Below, in pieces: positions 62,049 through 64,000 of a stretch of 64,000 nucleotides of DNA. Source of the stretch: an uncultured Candidatus Binatia bacterium (lineage in GTDB: Bacteria; Desulfobacterota; Binatia; UBA9968; JAJDTQ01); NCBI GenBank assembly GCA_965242525.1, contig OZ251459.1:2537037-2601036 (forward strand), in the 5' to 3' direction. Position 1 is the stretch's first letter. Each line of letters starts with the position of its first letter. A model generated the notes under the pieces. That model was not told the origin of the DNA and did no database searches. It saw only the letters and a program-made list of their open reading frames with translations. Position numbers and translations under genes: made by a program.

Positions 62049-64000
62049 ACACCTCTCCAACCTTCATCGAAACGCAGTTTCCCGTTTCGCGGCTGTCGAA
62101 GGAAAGCTACAAGGAGCGCAAGGCGAACTACAGCCAGACCCTGACCGGGCTCGGCAAGTGGTGGGGCCGCAAGCCGCTGGTGATGGTGCGGGCGATCATC
62201 CTCGGGCTGCTGATGCCCGCCTCGGACGATCCCCGGAAGGACCGGGACGTGTTCCTTGCGCTCCTGACGATGGACGAGGAAGGGCTGTGGCGGCGGAAGA
62301 ACGGCAACATTCCGCTCAAGGAAGTGTATGGGCGGCTGTCGCCGGAGGAGCGGGCCGAGTGGTTTACCCATGACGCCGAACCTGACCGTCCCCGGCTCCG
62401 GAAGGGCACGAAAGCCGCGGATCGAGCGCGCCTGCAACGCATGGTCTTCGAGCGCATGGGCTATGACGAGAAGCTCAAGTTGTGCGACCGGCCCGAGCAC
62501 CTGGAAGGACCGTCCCCAGACGCCTGGAACGCCATCAACCGGCATCTGGGTACGGAGGCAGCCAGCCTGCCCGAGCTGGTGCGGGAGTTGGGCAAGCGCC
62601 GTTTCGGGCGCGTGCCGCGGGTGGGGGATGCGTTTTGCGGGGGCGGCAGCGTGCCTTTCGAGGCGGCCCGGCTCGGTTGCGAAGCCTATGGCTCCGACCT
62701 GAACCCGGTGGCCGCCCTGCTCACCTGGGGCGCGCTGAACATCGTCGGCGGCGGGGAGGATGTCGCCGAACGGATCCGGGCGGCGCAAACCGAGGTATTC
62801 GAAGCGGTGGACCGCCAAGTCACGGAATGGCGCATCGAGCACGACGAGGCCGGCTGGCGGGCCGACGCCTTCCTCTACTGCACGGAGACCGCCTGCCCCG
62901 AATGCGGCTGGCGCGTGCCGCTCGCGCCGAGCTGGGTCATCGGCGAGAAGACGCGAGCCGTTGCGCGGCTGACGCCCGAGCCCGCGGAAAGGCGCTTCGC
63001 CATCGACGTCCGTTCGGGTGTTGGCCGGGAAGCGCTTGCCGCCGCCCGCAACGCCGGTACCGTGCGGCAGTCGCGGCTGGAATGTCCCAACCCCGCTTGC
63101 AACGCATCCACGCCCATGACCGCCATCCGCGGCGACCGGCGCGGGGACGGCGGACGCGGCCACGGGCTGCGGCAATGGGAGAACGACGACCTCGTGCCTC
63201 GGCCGGACGACGTGTTCCAGGAACGGCTGTACTGCGTGCGCTGGCGCCTCCCGTCCCTCGCCGCGCTGCTGTGGATGGAGCAGCGGTTGCGGGCGGCTGG
63301 CCGGCTTGAAGATGGGGCGGGCGGGAGGCCCGTGCCCCGGACGGGCACGCCGGTCCCGGGACACTTGGATTCCCGCTTGCGCGGGAATGACGGAGGGGGC
63401 GGGATGTCCGTGTTCGACCAGGACATGCCGGGCCCAGAGGGGTTGCGACGGGAGGCTCCGGCGGGCGGGGTGACTGCCGTGCTGGAAGGCGCCCGGCGGA
63501 ACTTTCATGCGGGCGAGACGCCCGCGTTCCCAGGAAGCGACCCTTCGCCAGCCGGCGGGATGCCCGCATTCCCAGGAAGCGAACCTTCGCTAGCCGGCGG
63601 GATCCCCGCGTTCCCAGAGGCGCCTCTCAGCCGTCATTCCCGCGAAAGCGGGAATCCAGAGACGCCCGTGCCCCGGGGGAGCACGCCGATCCCAGGAGCG
63701 TCCGGGATGCCGGATGTTGCACGGCGGGACGCTCATACAGGCGAGATGCCCGCGCTCCGAAGGAGCGCGCCAGTCCCAGGAGGGTTGCGCCGGGATGTTC
63801 GTGCGGAAGGGATGCTCGCGTTTCCGGACGCTTCACCGCCGCCCGTGCCGGAGTGGGTGGACCTCGAATGCGCGATTGCGGCCCTGGTCGAACGACTCGA
63901 AGCCGACGAGCAACGCGAAGTCGCGAAGCTGCGCAAGCGCGACTGGCCGGCCGAAGACCGCGCAGTCGAGGAGGCGCAACGCGAGTTCGAGGCCAAGAAG
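62045..64000 (+). CDS. DUF1156 domain DNA-methylase-like protein, anti-phage-associated; 3' end outside the window
   Basis: This ORF is absent from the track because it has no stop inside the window. Hand translation of frame 2 from GTG 62045 (overlapping the PIN stop as GTGA) gives TFIETQFPVSRLSKESYKERKA...GKWWGRKPLVMVRA... and the SAM motif VGDAFCGGGSVPFEAARLGCEAYGSDLNPVA. The frame stays open to nt 64000. Confidence 0.8.
   Translation, partial: MNTSPTFIETQFPVSRLSKESYKERKANYSQTLTGLGKWWGRKPLVMVRAIILGLLMPASDDPRKDRDVFLALLTMDEEGLWRRKNGNIPLKEVYGRLSPEERAEWFTHDAEPDRPRLRKGTKAADRARLQRMVFERMGYDEKLKLCDRPEHLEGPSPDAWNAINRHLGTEAASLPELVRELGKRRFGRVPRVGDAFCGGGSVPFEAARLGCEAYGSDLNPVAALLTWGALNIVGGGEDVAERIRAAQTEVFEAVDRQVTEWRIEHDEAGWRADAFLYCTETACPECGWRVPLAPSWVIGEKTRAVARLTPEPAERRFAIDVRSGVGREALAAARNAGTVRQSRLECPNPACNASTPMTAIRGDRRGDGGRGHGLRQWENDDLVPRPDDVFQERLYCVRWRLPSLAALLWMEQRLRAAGRLEDGAGGRPVPRTGTPVPGHLDSRLRGNDGGGGMSVFDQDMPGPEGLRREAPAGGVTAVLEGARRNFHAGETPAFPGSDPSPAGGMPAFPGSEPSLAGGIPAFPEAPLSRHSRESGNPETPVPRGSTPIPGASGMPDVARRDAHTGEMPALRRSAPVPGGLRRDVRAEGMLAFPDASPPPVPEWVDLECAIAALVERLEADEQREVAKLRKRDWPAEDRAVEEAQREFEAKK
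63290..63850 (+). repeat. Cluster of REP-like palindromic units and tandem repeats lying in-frame inside the DUF1156 CDS (boundaries approximate)
   Basis: An inverted 27-bp REP unit lies at 63367-63393 and a direct unit at 63631-63657. There are 2.4 x 42-bp tandem repeats at 63521-63619. Several short palindromes occur (gcgggcgagacgcccgc, gcgggatgcccgc, gcggggatccccgc is present as gcgggatccccgc). Confidence 0.7.

Overview
High-G+C window (sampled 60-nt lines give about 65-70 % G+C by hand count) from a diderm bacterium, since two kinds of autotransporter are encoded. I saw no rRNA, tRNA, CRISPR array, transposase or integrase. The backbone is metabolic. It holds three TctC-type binding proteins and two TctA-type permease loci (tripartite tricarboxylate transporter genes), an oxalate/formate-type MFS transporter and a family-5 ABC binding protein. 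It also holds an organic-acid/aromatic catabolic cluster: two amidohydrolases, an FAH-family hydrolase, VOC proteins, a GMC oxidoreductase, an MmgE/PrpD protein and a bicupin. Three accessory islands interrupt this backbone. (1) nt 1184-9974: a Type III R-M pair (mod, res) with a strikingly AT-rich membrane-protein gene wedged between them and translationally coupled on both sides, followed by an AT-richer DUF262 + HEPN pair. (2) nt 28749-36533, at the window centre: a tight four-gene operon of unknown protein, P-loop-less ATPase paralogue, BrxD-like P-loop ATPase and SNF2 helicase, then a VOC gene and a lower-G+C Type II R-M pair. No methylase, PglZ, TerB or nuclease is visible in the four-gene operon. 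I consider it the best candidate for an undescribed defence-type system. (3) nt 57150 to beyond 64000: a DUF499 ATPase, a DUF3780-like protein and a DUF1156 methylase-like protein (Hma-like anti-phage module). A VapB-like / PIN-DUF3775 toxin-antitoxin pair is spliced in by overlapping stop/start codons, and a roughly 560-bp cluster of palindromic repeat units lies in-frame inside the DUF1156 gene. There are also two surface-protein loci. One is an LRR-FN3-Calx-beta autotransporter whose ATG leader is separated from its signal peptide by a C17 homopolymer in the wrong phase. The other is a triplicated NalP/SphB1-like lipoprotein subtilase autotransporter with near-identical 3' halves. Several families of MITE/REP-like intergenic repeats are present. 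Most long alternative-frame ORFs in the track are G+C-driven artefacts.
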